Numbered from the stretch's first letter, positions 41,701-52,121 are shown. The stretch: 64,000 nt of DNA from Candidatus Shapirobacteria bacterium (GCA_043817235.1 JBDRHA010000011.1:260622-324621); one strand, 5' to 3'. Notes: generated from the letters alone by a model not told the origin. Numbers and translations: made by a program.

Positions 41701-42705
41701 TCTAGGCGAGATGAGATAATTGACGGTGTTCAGATTGTCAGGCGCGGAGGTTTTTATCTGGTTTACTTCTGGGCCTTTTTATACTATGTTTTTAAGTTTA
41801 AAAACCAATGTGATATTATAGTTGATTCTGAAAACGGAATTCCTTTCTTTTCCCCGCTATATGTTAAGCAGCCTGTTATTGGCCTAGTTCATCATGTGCA
41901 CCAGGAGATTATTTTAAAAGAGCTAAAGCTTAAAAAGTGGCTTTTGCCGGTTGCTTTTGTGGCTAAGCAGCTAGAGTCTAAACTAATGCCGGTGGTTTAC
42001 AAGAATTCGCAAATGATCACAGTTTCTGATTCGTCAAAAGACGATATGGAAAAAATTGGCCTTGGGAAAAGCCTTCCTGTAAAAATTGTTCATCCGGGAG
42101 TGGATTTATCTTTGCTAAAACCAACCCAAAAAACAAAAAATCCAACTGTGCTTTATCTTGGCCGGCTTAAAGCCTACAAGTCAATAGATGTTTTGATTAA
42201 AGCAGTTTCTAACTTATTGCCGAGCATTCCTGATCTTGAGCTTAAAATTGCCGGCTTTGGCGATGATCGAAAAAATCTTGAGAAGCTAACTAAAACTTTG
42301 AGAATAGAGAAGCATGTTAAGTTTTTGGGTAAAGTAACGGAAAAAAATAAGATAAAATTACTAGGCAGCTCGTGGGTTTTCGCTTACCCTTCCACTATGG
42401 AGGGCTGGGGAATATCAGCAATAGAAGCCAACGCCTGTGGCACGCCAGTGGTTGCTTTTAACGTTCCGGGCTTAAGAGATTCAGTTCATAATCCAGAATC
42501 GGGCTTTTTGGTTAAAAAGGGAGATCTTGAGGGCTACAAGAGAACAATTGGCTTATTAGTGGCAGATGAAAAACTGCGAAAACGGTTGGGAAAGGGCTCT
42601 GTGCTTTGGGCAAGCAGGTTTAGCTGGAATACTAGTGCCGATGATTTTCTTCGCATAATTAATAAAGCAGTTGATCAGAATAAGTTTAATAAAAAGGAAA
42701 GATGA
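38767..42705 (+). CDS. fused processive GT2 + Wzx-like flippase + GT4 glycosyltransferase
   Basis: YDAED, TED, QRSRW (GT2); multi-TM block with AAGEYA; NWRD..AGGAE and EGWGISAIEA (GT4). Confidence 0.88.
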   Translation: MAKLDTIVRIKPKAKNSVIGAGVIYQKKRFITHNQLSYRQSALKTFYPRQKIFLFLVAGIIGLGLVANTRLTAMAVVAFLSLVYFLDFIFSLYVLLKSLHFPPEIKASRKELKALKNSELPIYSILCPLYQEATILPHFLKAIEKTDWPKNKLEVLFLLEENDKQTQEAADKLNLPSYVRTIIVPDSQPKTKPKACNYGLAKAKGEYIVVYDAEDKPDPLQLKKAYLAFAKLGRKFCCLQSKLNYYNTNQNLLTKLFTAEYSLWFDLILPGLQSIESIIPLGGTSNHFRTKDLKKLQGWDPFNVTEDCDLGVRIFKSGYKTGLIDSTTYEEANSNVKSWLRQRSRWIKGYLQTYLVHMRDPAEFFKNHGVQALVFQLVIGMRMIFILINPILWLTTILYFTAYRLVGPVIESLYPAPIFYLAVISLVLGNFIHLYNYMIGCAKRKHWNIIKFVFLIPAYWAMTGISAGIAVYQLFAKPYFWEKTHHGLHLQTNKRAFRLFDELKRLWVLPKNNFATGGVLVAASVLANFFNFLYNAYLGRKINLSEFGSVSLMGSFLYLFQIPMGALETTITNRSAYLFGRYKRPVLGFWNYVRKNSAKISLAAVGLWLLGSPAMAKFFRVDSLIPFLLFAPVWFVGTIMTVDLSYLMGNLRFAVIAGITVVEALSKLLLAIFFVKIGKTQWVYAALPLSITLAFLAADMAAKKLKARKVPKMQANLLYFPKRFFASSLLLGLSSVAFLSFDLILAKHFLSPQAAGEYALLSLIGKMVFLAGSLFLRFINPLVSRQEGENEDASKVFYQLLLVTMAISMVGWAAVGLLGRFTVPLLFGSEAKSIVYLLPVYTMAMANFAMGSSFVLYHQARKHCSFSFVSLFIALAQVLAIVIYHNDIQAIVKVVAVTGLVYFAFVVLFHFIYDFFSTFSQAPVVFENKGNKLRILILNWRDTKHVWAGGAEVYVHELAKRWVAKGHEVTVFCSNDGQSRRDEIIDGVQIVRRGGFYLVYFWAFLYYVFKFKNQCDIIVDSENGIPFFSPLYVKQPVIGLVHHVHQEIILKELKLKKWLLPVAFVAKQLESKLMPVVYKNSQMITVSDSSKDDMEKIGLGKSLPVKIVHPGVDLSLLKPTQKTKNPTVLYLGRLKAYKSIDVLIKAVSNLLPSIPDLELKIAGFGDDRKNLEKLTKTLRIEKHVKFLGKVTEKNKIKLLGSSWVFAYPSTMEGWGISAIEANACGTPVVAFNVPGLRDSVHNPESGFLVKKGDLEGYKRTIGLLVADEKLRKRLGKGSVLWASRFSWNTSADDFLRIINKAVDQNKFNKKER

Positions 42706-44141
42706 AAAAAATAAAATTGCGGCTAATAAATTTTCTAAAAAGAAACAAAATATTATTTGTGCTTTCGCTTAGTGCAGTATTAATTATTGTGGGAATTTTG
42801 GGCCATAGCTATGAGCTTGATGAGGCTTTTAGCATATTTGTATCTCGAGATTGGAGGCGAATGTTTGGAATTTTGTGGCATCAAGAGGCCAATATGTGGT
42901 TTTATTATATTTTGCTCCATTTTTGGCAGCGCTTAGGAACCAGCGAAATTATCATCAGAAGCCTGTCGGCAATTTTTGCCTTAATGGCGGCTGGGGTCAG
43001 TTATAAAATTGCAGAATACTTATTTGATAAGAAAACAGCAATCTTGGCCAGTTTACTCCTTATTTTTAATATGTATTTTATTTTTTATGCCCAGCAAGCA
43101 AGAAGCTATTCCCTTGCCCTTTTTCTAACGTGTCTTTCTTCTTGCTCGTATCTTTGCTATTTAAAGGAAGGAAAGCATAAATTGCTTTATATTTTCTCAA
43201 CTGCCTTGGCTTTTTATGCTCATTTTTATACTTTACTAGTATTAGCAGCTCAGGTGTTTGTGTCTTTACTTCAAAGAAAATTTAAAAAGTTGATTCCTGT
43301 TTATTTTTGGATTGGTTTTTTGCTGCTTCCTGCACTTATCGCTCCATCTTTCTTGAGCCATCAAGTTGATTGGGAAAAGAGACCTCTTTTTGCTAGCCTG
43401 CTTGGAACAGTTTTTGCATTATCGGGGGACTTTATCCTTTTATGCTTGGTATTCGCCCTATTGTTTTTTAAGAATTATAGGTTTCTTTTTAAGCATTACA
43501 GGAAATTTGAAGTTGATTTCTTGGGCAGTTGGCTAATATTTCCGATAATCCTATCTTTTGCCTTTTCTTGGCTGTTTAAGCCAGTTTATCAATCTGTATA
43601 CTTTCTTATTTGTTTGCCTCCATTTGCAATTTTATCAGCTATATATTTAAGGAATATTCCAAGTCATTTGATTAGGAAACTAGTAATAATCTTGATAATG
43701 GGTTTATCATGGATACGCTTGTCTTTTTGGTACACTAAAAATGAAAGTTTTAGGTCAGTTTTTAACAATAACCCTGAAGATTGGAAATCTTTAGTTAATT
43801 ACGTAGAAACTAATTCTACCGAAGCAGATGCAGTAATTTTTTATGGTTATTATAATCATTTTCCTTTTGAGTTGTATTCTGCAAGCAGCAATCTAAAATT
43901 GATCGAAATATCTTCAGGCTCATACGCAATTGGCCCAAGGCTTCCAGGGCCAAATAAAGAATTGATTTCTCAATTTGAATACCCGGGTGTTTGGCTAGTT
44001 TTGAGGAATGCTGACAAGAGTGCCGTAGACTATTCTTCAAGCTTGGATGAGATTATGTCTGGCTTGAGTTATAAATATCAGATTAGCATAAAAACTGAAT
44101 TTCCGGAACTAGAAGTAATTTTGTACGTTAGGAAAGATTAA
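42702..44141 (+). CDS. GT-C (GT39/PMT-like) glycosyltransferase
   Basis: LDEAFS, YYILLHFW, YAQQARSY. Confidence 0.8.
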   Translation: MKKIKLRLINFLKRNKILFVLSLSAVLIIVGILGHSYELDEAFSIFVSRDWRRMFGILWHQEANMWFYYILLHFWQRLGTSEIIIRSLSAIFALMAAGVSYKIAEYLFDKKTAILASLLLIFNMYFIFYAQQARSYSLALFLTCLSSCSYLCYLKEGKHKLLYIFSTALAFYAHFYTLLVLAAQVFVSLLQRKFKKLIPVYFWIGFLLLPALIAPSFLSHQVDWEKRPLFASLLGTVFALSGDFILLCLVFALLFFKNYRFLFKHYRKFEVDFLGSWLIFPIILSFAFSWLFKPVYQSVYFLICLPPFAILSAIYLRNIPSHLIRKLVIILIMGLSWIRLSFWYTKNESFRSVFNNNPEDWKSLVNYVETNSTEADAVIFYGYYNHFPFELYSASSNLKLIEISSGSYAIGPRLPGPNKELISQFEYPGVWLVLRNADKSAVDYSSSLDEIMSGLSYKYQISIKTEFPELEVILYVRKD

Positions 44142-44145
44142 AACT

Positions 44146-45039
44146 ATGAATAAAAAACTAAGTGTTATGGTTGCTATTCCGGCTTGGAACGAAGAAAAAA
44201 CAATTATTGATTTGCTTCGTTCGGTCAAGTTTCAGAAACAAACCCAATATCGGCTTGATTCTGTTTGGGTTTATTCGGACGGAAGCACTGATCAAACCGT
44301 TTCTTTGGTAAAGAAAAATTTTCCCGAGGTGAAAATAGTTGATGGAAAGAGAAACCTGGGCAAGAACGCCGGAGTCAACCAAATCATGAAGGGTAATAAA
44401 AGTGATATTTTAATTCAAATTGACGCTGATATAACAATTAAGAACAAAAAGACTTTTGATTATTTATTGGCTCCTTTTATTAAAGACGATAAAGTTGGCC
44501 TTGTCTGTGCTTATCACCTGGCCAATACGCCAAGCACTTTTATAGGAGAACTTTCTTATTTTGGTTTTCGAGTTTGGGACCGGGCTAGAAATAGCTTAGG
44601 GAGGCGGGGCATTAGATACTATTGCGAAGGAGGGTTAAGGGCTTTTTCCAAAGAATTTGCCAAAAACTTTCGTTTGCCGACAAACAAATATATTGGAGAG
44701 GATTCGTATAGCTTTTATTATGCCGTCAAAAATGGTTTTAAGGTGGCAGTAAGCAAAAGAGCAAGGGCTTATCTTGACTTGGCCGATAATTATCAAGATT
44801 ATGTTAAACAAATGAAGCGCTTTCTTCTTGATCCCAAGGATATGCCCAAGGCTTTTGGCAAAAACTTGACTGATAGATTTGAAACAATGACGCTAAGAGC
44901 GAGATTAAAAGCACTTATTTCTGAGTTGGCTAAAAGCCCCTGGTCGGGCCTTTTCTATCTTGTGTTGCAAGCGGCAACCAAGATGGCTGCTCTATTTTAT
45001 AAGTCGCAAAACTCTTGGGTACCGATTAAAAGGAAATGA
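44146..45039 (+). CDS. GT2 glycosyltransferase
   Basis: IPAWNEE, DGSTD, DAD, GED. Confidence 0.88.
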   Translation: MNKKLSVMVAIPAWNEEKTIIDLLRSVKFQKQTQYRLDSVWVYSDGSTDQTVSLVKKNFPEVKIVDGKRNLGKNAGVNQIMKGNKSDILIQIDADITIKNKKTFDYLLAPFIKDDKVGLVCAYHLANTPSTFIGELSYFGFRVWDRARNSLGRRGIRYYCEGGLRAFSKEFAKNFRLPTNKYIGEDSYSFYYAVKNGFKVAVSKRARAYLDLADNYQDYVKQMKRFLLDPKDMPKAFGKNLTDRFETMTLRARLKALISELAKSPWSGLFYLVLQAATKMAALFYKSQNSWVPIKRK

Positions 45040-45851
45040 ATATAAAAAAAAAGTTTTCCATCCGGTTATTTTTATTCTTTCTTAAGCTGGCTTCTTTAGC
45101 AGATAAAATCTCGGGAAGATTCTTTATTAAGAGTTATGACCTGGTCTTTTGCTATCACAATATTACCAATGATTCTTGGGAATATAGCGTAGGAGTAAAT
45201 CAATTTGCCAAACAGATTAATTACTTAAAGAAAAATTTTGAAATTGTAAGTTTATCAGAACTGGTTGCTAATAAGAAAAAAGGAAAGAGGGCGAGGGCTG
45301 TAATTACTTTTGATGATGGATTTTTAGGCGTGTTAAACAACGCCTTTCCTATTTTGGAAAAAAACGGTTTAAGAGCCGCCGTCTTTGTTACCGGAGAAAA
45401 GAATTTAAAAATTAGCAAAGAGTCAGGTTGCCGGCTAATGAATAAAAAGGAAATTGAGAGGCTAGCTTCTTTTGGCTGGGAAATTGGGTATCATACGCGA
45501 TCTCATAAAAACTTGGCCAGTTTGCCCTTTGGTAAACTAAAAAATGAAATAACTCCCCCGACTCAATTTGAGTATTTGGCCTATCCTTATGGCCAATATA
45601 ATAAAGAAGTATTGGCCCAAGCTAAAAAAGCTGGGTATAGGGCTGCTTTTACCACCGACGGAGGGGCGGCAACTAGTTTAAAAAATATTTATGCTATTCC
45701 TCGGATTACTATTAGTAATTTTCTTAATTTAGAGGAATTCAGGTCATTGCTCACGCCCACTGGTGTTTTTGCCAACTATCTTTTTGTTAGCTTATGGAAA
45801 GTTAAAGATAAGCTTGGGGAGAACTTGCTATGGAAAAAAGAAACAAGATAA
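45036..45851 (+). CDS. polysaccharide deacetylase (CE4)
   Basis: YH, ITFDDG, HTRSH, AYPYG. Confidence 0.9.
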   Translation: MNIKKKFSIRLFLFFLKLASLADKISGRFFIKSYDLVFCYHNITNDSWEYSVGVNQFAKQINYLKKNFEIVSLSELVANKKKGKRARAVITFDDGFLGVLNNAFPILEKNGLRAAVFVTGEKNLKISKESGCRLMNKKEIERLASFGWEIGYHTRSHKNLASLPFGKLKNEITPPTQFEYLAYPYGQYNKEVLAQAKKAGYRAAFTTDGGAATSLKNIYAIPRITISNFLNLEEFRSLLTPTGVFANYLFVSLWKVKDKLGENLLWKKETR

Positions 45852-46939
45852 TTATTTCTACCTATGACGATATCAAAAACCCCGATTATGGCGGAGGAGG
45901 AGCAATAGCTTTGCACGAGATTGCCAAAAGACTAAAAGACGAATATGCAATTACAGTGTTTAGCTGGAATCATTCCGGCATTAGGAGCGAGATTATTGAC
46001 GGGGTTGCCTATCAAAGAGTGGGCTGGAAATTCATAAACCCCAAAATGGCCATGTTTATTTTTCAAGTAACGCTTCCGCTTTGGACTATTTTAAAAAAAT
46101 ACAATATTTGGTTTGAGAATTTTGGCCCGCCGTTCACCACCAGTTTTTCGCCAATTTTTACCAAAAAAAAGATTATTGGCATTGTCCATATGCTGGCCGC
46201 CGAGGACATGAAGAGAAAATATAAACTGCCCTTTGAGCCAATAGAAAATTTTGGGATAAAAAAATATAAAAAAATTATCACTACAAGCGAAAAGATAAAA
46301 GAGAAAATATTAACTGTTGCCCCTAAGTCAAAAGTTGCTGTAATTGGCAATGGTATTGAAAAGATTACTCATGTTAGGAAAAAGCGATCAAAAGTAATCT
46401 TGTATTTGGGAAGAATTGAAGTAGATCAAAAAGGGCTAGACCTTTTAGTCTCTGCTTTTAAAAAGTTTCTTGAGCTTAGTGGAAAAAAATTTAGGCTTAT
46501 AATTGCCGGATCAGGGAACAAGAGAGAAGTGTCTAGGTTAAAGCAAATAGTGAAAGAAAATCAGCTGGAAAAAAGAATTAAGCTAACAGGAAGAATTAAC
46601 GGAAAAGAAAAAGAAAAGCTGCTTGAAAAATCAGCAGTAATGGCTGTTTCTTCTAGATTTGAAACTTTTTCTATGGTTGCCCTTGAGGCCATGGCTCACG
46701 GATTACCAATAGTGAGCTTTGACATTGATGGCTTAAAATGGACTCCAAAAAAGGCTTGCCTGAAAGTTTCTGCCTATGATCCAGATGAATTTGCCAAAAG
46801 CTTAGCCAAAATCCTTAGCAGTAAAACCCTGGCGAATAAAATGGCTTTAAAAGGAAGGGGATATGCAGGTAATTTTACCTGGGACAAGATCGCTCAAAAA
46901 TATAGTTTATACATAAAAAAGGTTTTAAACAATGGATAA
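45830..46939 (+). CDS. GT4 glycosyltransferase
   Basis: YGGGG, QKGLDLL, ETFSMVALEA. Confidence 0.9.
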   Translation: MEKRNKIIISTYDDIKNPDYGGGGAIALHEIAKRLKDEYAITVFSWNHSGIRSEIIDGVAYQRVGWKFINPKMAMFIFQVTLPLWTILKKYNIWFENFGPPFTTSFSPIFTKKKIIGIVHMLAAEDMKRKYKLPFEPIENFGIKKYKKIITTSEKIKEKILTVAPKSKVAVIGNGIEKITHVRKKRSKVILYLGRIEVDQKGLDLLVSAFKKFLELSGKKFRLIIAGSGNKREVSRLKQIVKENQLEKRIKLTGRINGKEKEKLLEKSAVMAVSSRFETFSMVALEAMAHGLPIVSFDIDGLKWTPKKACLKVSAYDPDEFAKSLAKILSSKTLANKMALKGRGYAGNFTWDKIAQKYSLYIKKVLNNG

Positions 46940-47684
46940 GCTACTAAGAAAGATAGTAAAAGAAAAAGGGGATTGTGTTTTTGTTTCTCCTCATCTTGAT
47001 GACGCAATCTTGTCTTGCGGTTCTGTATTATTAAATTTAAAAGGCAAAAAGGACGCAGTGATAATTAATGTTTTTACCAGAGCTCACAAGGGGCCTTATA
47101 CTGTATCCGCCCAAAAGTTTTTAGACAGTTGCGGCAACTACCAAGACGCGACAAAATTATATGAAAAAAGAATTAAAGAAGACAAAATTGTTTTATCTAA
47201 GCTGAAAGTGAAGATCATCAATCTTGGGCTACAGGATGCTTTGTTCAGAAGAAAAAAACGATTGACTCTGCTGGGTAAATTTATCCCTGAGCTTGATCAT
47301 CTTTACCCTACTTACAGGTGGCACGCTATTAAATCTGTATCGCCAAAAGATTGGGCCTTGTCTGATCTTGGTGATGCTCTCAAGAAGATAGTTAAGAGTG
47401 ACGCGGTAGTTTTTGCGCCTTTGGGCATTGGCAATCATGCGGATCACCAAATAGCTAACAAGGCTTGCCAGAAAGTATTTAAGAAAATAGTTTTTTATTC
47501 TGATTTTCCGTATAGTGTTTATATAAAAGAGAACGGTCTATTTACAAAAAAGAACTATAAAAAAATACTCAAAAAAACTAGCGTCAAAAAAAATGAGCTG
47601 ATTAAGCTTTATCAAAGTCAGTTTTCAAGCTTATTTCCGAGCGGGAAAATTCCTCAGCACGAAGAGGTTTACTATATTAAATAA
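46932..47684 (+). CDS. PIG-L family deacetylase
   Basis: SPHLDDA, RIKED, HADH, DFPY. Confidence 0.9.
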   Translation: MDKLLRKIVKEKGDCVFVSPHLDDAILSCGSVLLNLKGKKDAVIINVFTRAHKGPYTVSAQKFLDSCGNYQDATKLYEKRIKEDKIVLSKLKVKIINLGLQDALFRRKKRLTLLGKFIPELDHLYPTYRWHAIKSVSPKDWALSDLGDALKKIVKSDAVVFAPLGIGNHADHQIANKACQKVFKKIVFYSDFPYSVYIKENGLFTKKNYKKILKKTSVKKNELIKLYQSQFSSLFPSGKIPQHEEVYYIK

Positions 47685-47687
47685 ATT

Positions 47688-49223
47688 ATGAAAAAGCATA
47701 AATACATAGCTGCATTAAGTAAACTAGCGATCTTGCTTGTTCCTGTTATTCTTGCTCTCTCAATCCGCGGGATTGGGGGAAATCCAACTGACGAGACGCT
47801 AAATAGTCCGGAGTTTAAGAAAAATGGACCCATGGAGCTTTCTCCGGAAAGAGGCAGGTTTGCTCTTATTTATTCACTAATCGAACATAAATCCTTTCAG
47901 TTTGAGCTGCCGATTGCTCAGTTTGCAACTCCGGATCTTGGCTACAAGGATGGTAAATATGTATCTTTGTTTTTGCCGGGGGTGTCTATTTTAAGTATCC
48001 CTGGCTACTTGCTGGGGAAGATTTTTGGCCTGGCTCAAGTGGGGACTTTTGCTACAATTTCACTCTTTGCCTTTTTTAACTTCCTTTTAATACGATCAAT
48101 TGCTATTCGTTTGGGCGCTAACCGCATGGCTGCGACCATCGGGTCCCTAATTTTTTTGTTTGCCACCCCCGCCTTCACTTACGCTGTCACTCTCTATCAA
48201 CACCATGTTTCTGTATTTTTAATTTTGGCCAGCTTATATGCCCTTATCCGTTGGGAAAATTCTTGGTCTTTATTGCTGATCTGGTTTTTAATCGCCGCAT
48301 CAATCACTATTGATTTTCCTAATCTTTTTATGATGCTCCCTGTCGGAATTTATGCATTAGGCAGAGTGATTAGCCTGCAGTCTGTTAAGGAAAAAATGAT
48401 AGTAAAAGTAAAATTGGCTAATTTATTGCCGATTTTTATTGTATTGCTGCCCTTGGCGTTTTTTGGCTGGTCAAACCTGTTATCTTATGGCAAGTTTTTC
48501 CAGCTTACGGCTAATCTTGAGACCATAAAAGCGATAAATAATAAAGGACAACCGATATTTGAAGGCAATTTAGGAAAAGAGCCAGAAACCATTGAAGATC
48601 GGCCTAGCCCTGACAATATGCCCTTTAGCTTTTTTAGAACCAGAAACATGCTGAATGGGTTTTATATTCATTTTCTTAGCCCAGACAGAGGAATAATCTA
48701 TTATGCCCCAGTAATTTTATTTGGTTTTTTTAGCTTTGTCTTTTTTTATAAGAAGTCGAAAATAATGGTTTTAATGTTTATGATCATTGCTGTTAATATT
48801 CTTTTATATTCTATGTGGGGTGATCCTTGGGGAGGGTGGGCCTTTGGGTCGCGCTATCTAGTTCCCAGCTATGCTCTTTTATCTGTTTTTATTTCTTTGG
48901 GCCTGACAAAGTTTTCGAGGAATAAAATCTTTATCCTAATCTTCTATTTGGTGGCTTGCTATTCAATATCGGTTAATACGCTTGGTGCCCTAACTTCAAG
49001 CGCTAATCCACCAAAAATAGAAGTGCTTAGTCTGGAAAAAATTTCCGGTCATCAGGAAAAATATACCTATGCAAGGAATATAGATGTCTTAAAACAGGGC
49101 AGTTTAAAGTCTTTTGTTTTTCGGTCTTTTGCAGACAACTATTTAGATGCTGTTTATTATTATTATTTTATCAGCGGGTTAATTATTTTAATAGTTGGGG
49201 CTCATCTGAAGATTTATGAATAA
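47688..49223 (+). CDS. multi-TM GT-C-like membrane protein
   Basis: Many TMs, WGGWAFGSRYL motif; operon context. Confidence 0.7.
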   Translation: MKKHKYIAALSKLAILLVPVILALSIRGIGGNPTDETLNSPEFKKNGPMELSPERGRFALIYSLIEHKSFQFELPIAQFATPDLGYKDGKYVSLFLPGVSILSIPGYLLGKIFGLAQVGTFATISLFAFFNFLLIRSIAIRLGANRMAATIGSLIFLFATPAFTYAVTLYQHHVSVFLILASLYALIRWENSWSLLLIWFLIAASITIDFPNLFMMLPVGIYALGRVISLQSVKEKMIVKVKLANLLPIFIVLLPLAFFGWSNLLSYGKFFQLTANLETIKAINNKGQPIFEGNLGKEPETIEDRPSPDNMPFSFFRTRNMLNGFYIHFLSPDRGIIYYAPVILFGFFSFVFFYKKSKIMVLMFMIIAVNILLYSMWGDPWGGWAFGSRYLVPSYALLSVFISLGLTKFSRNKIFILIFYLVACYSISVNTLGALTSSANPPKIEVLSLEKISGHQEKYTYARNIDVLKQGSLKSFVFRSFADNYLDAVYYYYFISGLIILIVGAHLKIYE

Positions 49224-50844
49224 ACCCAGGCTGCTTTCGTTTCCTATTGCTTTTTCTATTAAAAAAAAGCGGATTAGGCGTCTGGCTAAATTCATTAAGC
49301 AAAATGCTCTTGGGCTGATAACAGCTTTTCTTTCTACTGTCGCGATTGCTTTTTTTATCATTTTTTACCAAAATGGCTTAGGCCTAGCTTACAACGACGC
49401 ACGGAGCCACTTGGATATTGGCCGGCGAGTCGTAGAAGGGCTTAATCCTGGCCTGGCTCAGCTTGGTTCTGTTTGGCTGCCCTTGCCCCATATACTGATG
49501 ATTCCTCTTGTTTGGAATGATTTTATGTGGCACTCAGGCTTAGCTGGTGCTTTAATTTCTATGATGGCTTTTGTGGGCACAGGAATTATTATTTTTCAAT
49601 ATACTAAAAAATTGGGAATTGGCTTGGCGGGGAGTTTTTTGGCAGTGGCTATTTTTGCGGCTAACCTCAACACTCTTTATCTGCAGTCAACGGCGATGAC
49701 GGAATTACTTTTGTTAGCCACCATGACTGCTGGCAGTTATTATCTAATGGTTTGGGCCAAGGAGGACAAGGTCCTTGCTTTGTTAAAAAGTGCTTTCTGG
49801 ATCATGCTCTCTACTTTGGTGCGCTATGATGGCTGGTTTTTGTTTCTTTTTGCCAGCCTGCTTATTATTTTAGTAATTTTTCGCAAGCAGGGTTATAAAA
49901 ATAGCGAGGGTATTTTAATTTTCTTTGGCAGTTTGGCGGGAATTGGCATAGTCTTTTGGTTTTTTTGGAACTTAATTATTTTCGGCGATCCTTTATACTT
50001 TGCTCTCGGGCCCTTCTCTGCACGAGCTCAGCAATCCCAACTGGAAGCGGCGGGGAATTTGCCGACTAAAGGAAATCTCCTTCTTTCTCTAAAAATATAC
50101 TTTTATGCGCTGATATATAATTCTTATGCTTTTGCCGCTTTTTTAGGACTATTTGGGGCTTTTCTTTTCTGGTTTGAAAAAAAGATTAAAATTAGAGTCA
50201 GGATTGTTTCTTCTTCTTTGGCATCTCCATTTTTGTTCAATGTTCTTGCTTTGGTTTTGGGGCACTCGGTCCTTTTTATTCAAGGAGTATCAGGAAATAC
50301 CTGGTTTAATGTGCGTTATGGCATTATGCTTCTTCCCTCTATTGCGATCTTTGCCGGCTATCTAGTAGACAAATTAAAATATTTGCGCTGGCCGGTAATT
50401 TTCTTGCTTGTTTTTACTACCTTTTTTGCCTTGGCTAATGGCGATGCGGTGACTATTGATGACGCTAGGGTTGGCTCAAGTCAAAAAAATGTGACCGAGG
50501 TCAGCGGCTGGTTAAGAGAAAATGCTGCCAATAAAGAAGGATTTATTCTTATCTCGGTTGCTTCTCATGATGCTATTATTTTCTCTTCCGGCCTCCCGAT
50601 GAAGAAGTTTATCCATGAGGGCGCAGGTGTTTATTGGCAAAGTGCAACTGCGGCTCCAGATAATTGGGCCCGCTGGATAGTAATGCGAACCCACGATCTG
50701 AATGATTCGGTTTTCAAGCTTGTAAACGAATCTCTTGGTTTCTCTAAATACGAACTGGTTGACTCCTACCCGTTTGCCGATATTTATCAGCTTAAAGATG
50801 AGCATCTTGGTCAGCTAAATACGGAGGCTATTTTTAGAAAATGA
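49216..50844 (+). CDS. GT-C (GT39/ArnT-like) glycosyltransferase
   Basis: YNDARSH, VWLPLPH, TAMTE, RYDGW. Confidence 0.78.
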   Translation: MNKPRLLSFPIAFSIKKKRIRRLAKFIKQNALGLITAFLSTVAIAFFIIFYQNGLGLAYNDARSHLDIGRRVVEGLNPGLAQLGSVWLPLPHILMIPLVWNDFMWHSGLAGALISMMAFVGTGIIIFQYTKKLGIGLAGSFLAVAIFAANLNTLYLQSTAMTELLLLATMTAGSYYLMVWAKEDKVLALLKSAFWIMLSTLVRYDGWFLFLFASLLIILVIFRKQGYKNSEGILIFFGSLAGIGIVFWFFWNLIIFGDPLYFALGPFSARAQQSQLEAAGNLPTKGNLLLSLKIYFYALIYNSYAFAAFLGLFGAFLFWFEKKIKIRVRIVSSSLASPFLFNVLALVLGHSVLFIQGVSGNTWFNVRYGIMLLPSIAIFAGYLVDKLKYLRWPVIFLLVFTTFFALANGDAVTIDDARVGSSQKNVTEVSGWLRENAANKEGFILISVASHDAIIFSSGLPMKKFIHEGAGVYWQSATAAPDNWARWIVMRTHDLNDSVFKLVNESLGFSKYELVDSYPFADIYQLKDEHLGQLNTEAIFRK

Positions 50845-52121
50845 TTAATAAGAACAAGATGGTATTGTTAATCATTTTCGGGATAGCTTTAATTGTTTTT
50901 GGGATAAAGTTCGTTTTGGGCTCCTCTTTTGAAAACAAACCGTTGGTAAAAGAAAACAGTGGCTGGTGGCAGATTCAGTCGATTGATACGGTTAAGTATT
51001 CCCGCGATATGGCTTTGGAGAAAATAGGCGACAACTCATTTGATGAAATTATAGAATCTCAAGTGAATAATATTGCTTTAACCGGAGCGACACATATTGC
51101 GATAGGAACCCCATATGACAAGGAATTTATTTCATTTTTAGCTCGGTGGGTGAAAACTGCCAGAAGATATGATCTTAAGGTTTGGTTTCGGAGTAATTTT
51201 TCCGGGTGGGAGGAGTGGTTTGGCTATAAACGAATCAGCCGGGAAGAACACTTGAGCTTACTTAAGGCCTTCATAATAGACAATGGGAATTTATTTGAAG
51301 ACGGAGATATTTTTAGCGCTTGCGTTGAGTGTGAAAATGGTGGTCCGGGAGATCCGCGAAAAACTGGCGATGTTGCTGCTTATCGGGAATTTTTAGTTAA
51401 GGAATATACGGCAAGCACAGATGCTTTTCGAAAAATAGGTAAGAATGTAAGAGCCAATGTTTTTCCGATGAATGGGGATGTGGCAAAATTGGTAATGGAT
51501 AAAAGCACCACCCAAAAGTTAGGTGGCATAGTAACAATTGACCACTATGTGGCCGCGCCTGCAATTTTGGTGAAAGACATTGCTGATATTGCCGAGCTAA
51601 GCGGCGGCAGGGTATTTTTGGGAGAATTTGGCGTCCCTATTCCTGATATTCATGGCCAGATATCTGAAGCCGATCAAGCGGAATGGGTTGAAGAGGCTCT
51701 TGGTAAGCTGGCAGAGGTTCCGGAATTGCTTGGATTGAATTATTGGGTGAGCTACGGGGGAACAACTAGGCTATGGGAGAAAAATAATGAACCTCGGTCT
51801 GCGTTGTTTGCCTTGGTGAGGTATTTTAAGCCCAAGCTGCTGACAGGTCGAATAATAGACGAACTGGGGAGGCCTATAGCAATGGCAAAGGTAAGCCTGG
51901 GTTCTAAGTCTTATATCACTCAAAAAGAAGGCTGTTTTACTCTTGGTTATGTTTCCGATAGGGACCCCTTGATTATTGAAGCAGATGGATATAAAAGACT
52001 AATAGTTCAAGAATTTTCTTCTAAAGAAAATATTGAAGTTGCTTTAGAAAAAGAAAAAGAAACAATTTATTATAAGATCTACAAGAAACTTTATAAGCTA
52101 ATTCACAAAAACTTGCTGTAA
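50841..52121 (+). CDS. exported glycoside-hydrolase-like TIM barrel + carboxypeptidase-regulatory-like domain
   Basis: N-terminal TM, ECENG, IDHY, FLGEFG, GLNYW; LTGRIIDELGRPI. Confidence 0.65.
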   Translation: MINKNKMVLLIIFGIALIVFGIKFVLGSSFENKPLVKENSGWWQIQSIDTVKYSRDMALEKIGDNSFDEIIESQVNNIALTGATHIAIGTPYDKEFISFLARWVKTARRYDLKVWFRSNFSGWEEWFGYKRISREEHLSLLKAFIIDNGNLFEDGDIFSACVECENGGPGDPRKTGDVAAYREFLVKEYTASTDAFRKIGKNVRANVFPMNGDVAKLVMDKSTTQKLGGIVTIDHYVAAPAILVKDIADIAELSGGRVFLGEFGVPIPDIHGQISEADQAEWVEEALGKLAEVPELLGLNYWVSYGGTTRLWEKNNEPRSALFALVRYFKPKLLTGRIIDELGRPIAMAKVSLGSKSYITQKEGCFTLGYVSDRDPLIIEADGYKRLIVQEFSSKENIEVALEKEKETIYYKIYKKLYKLIHKNLL

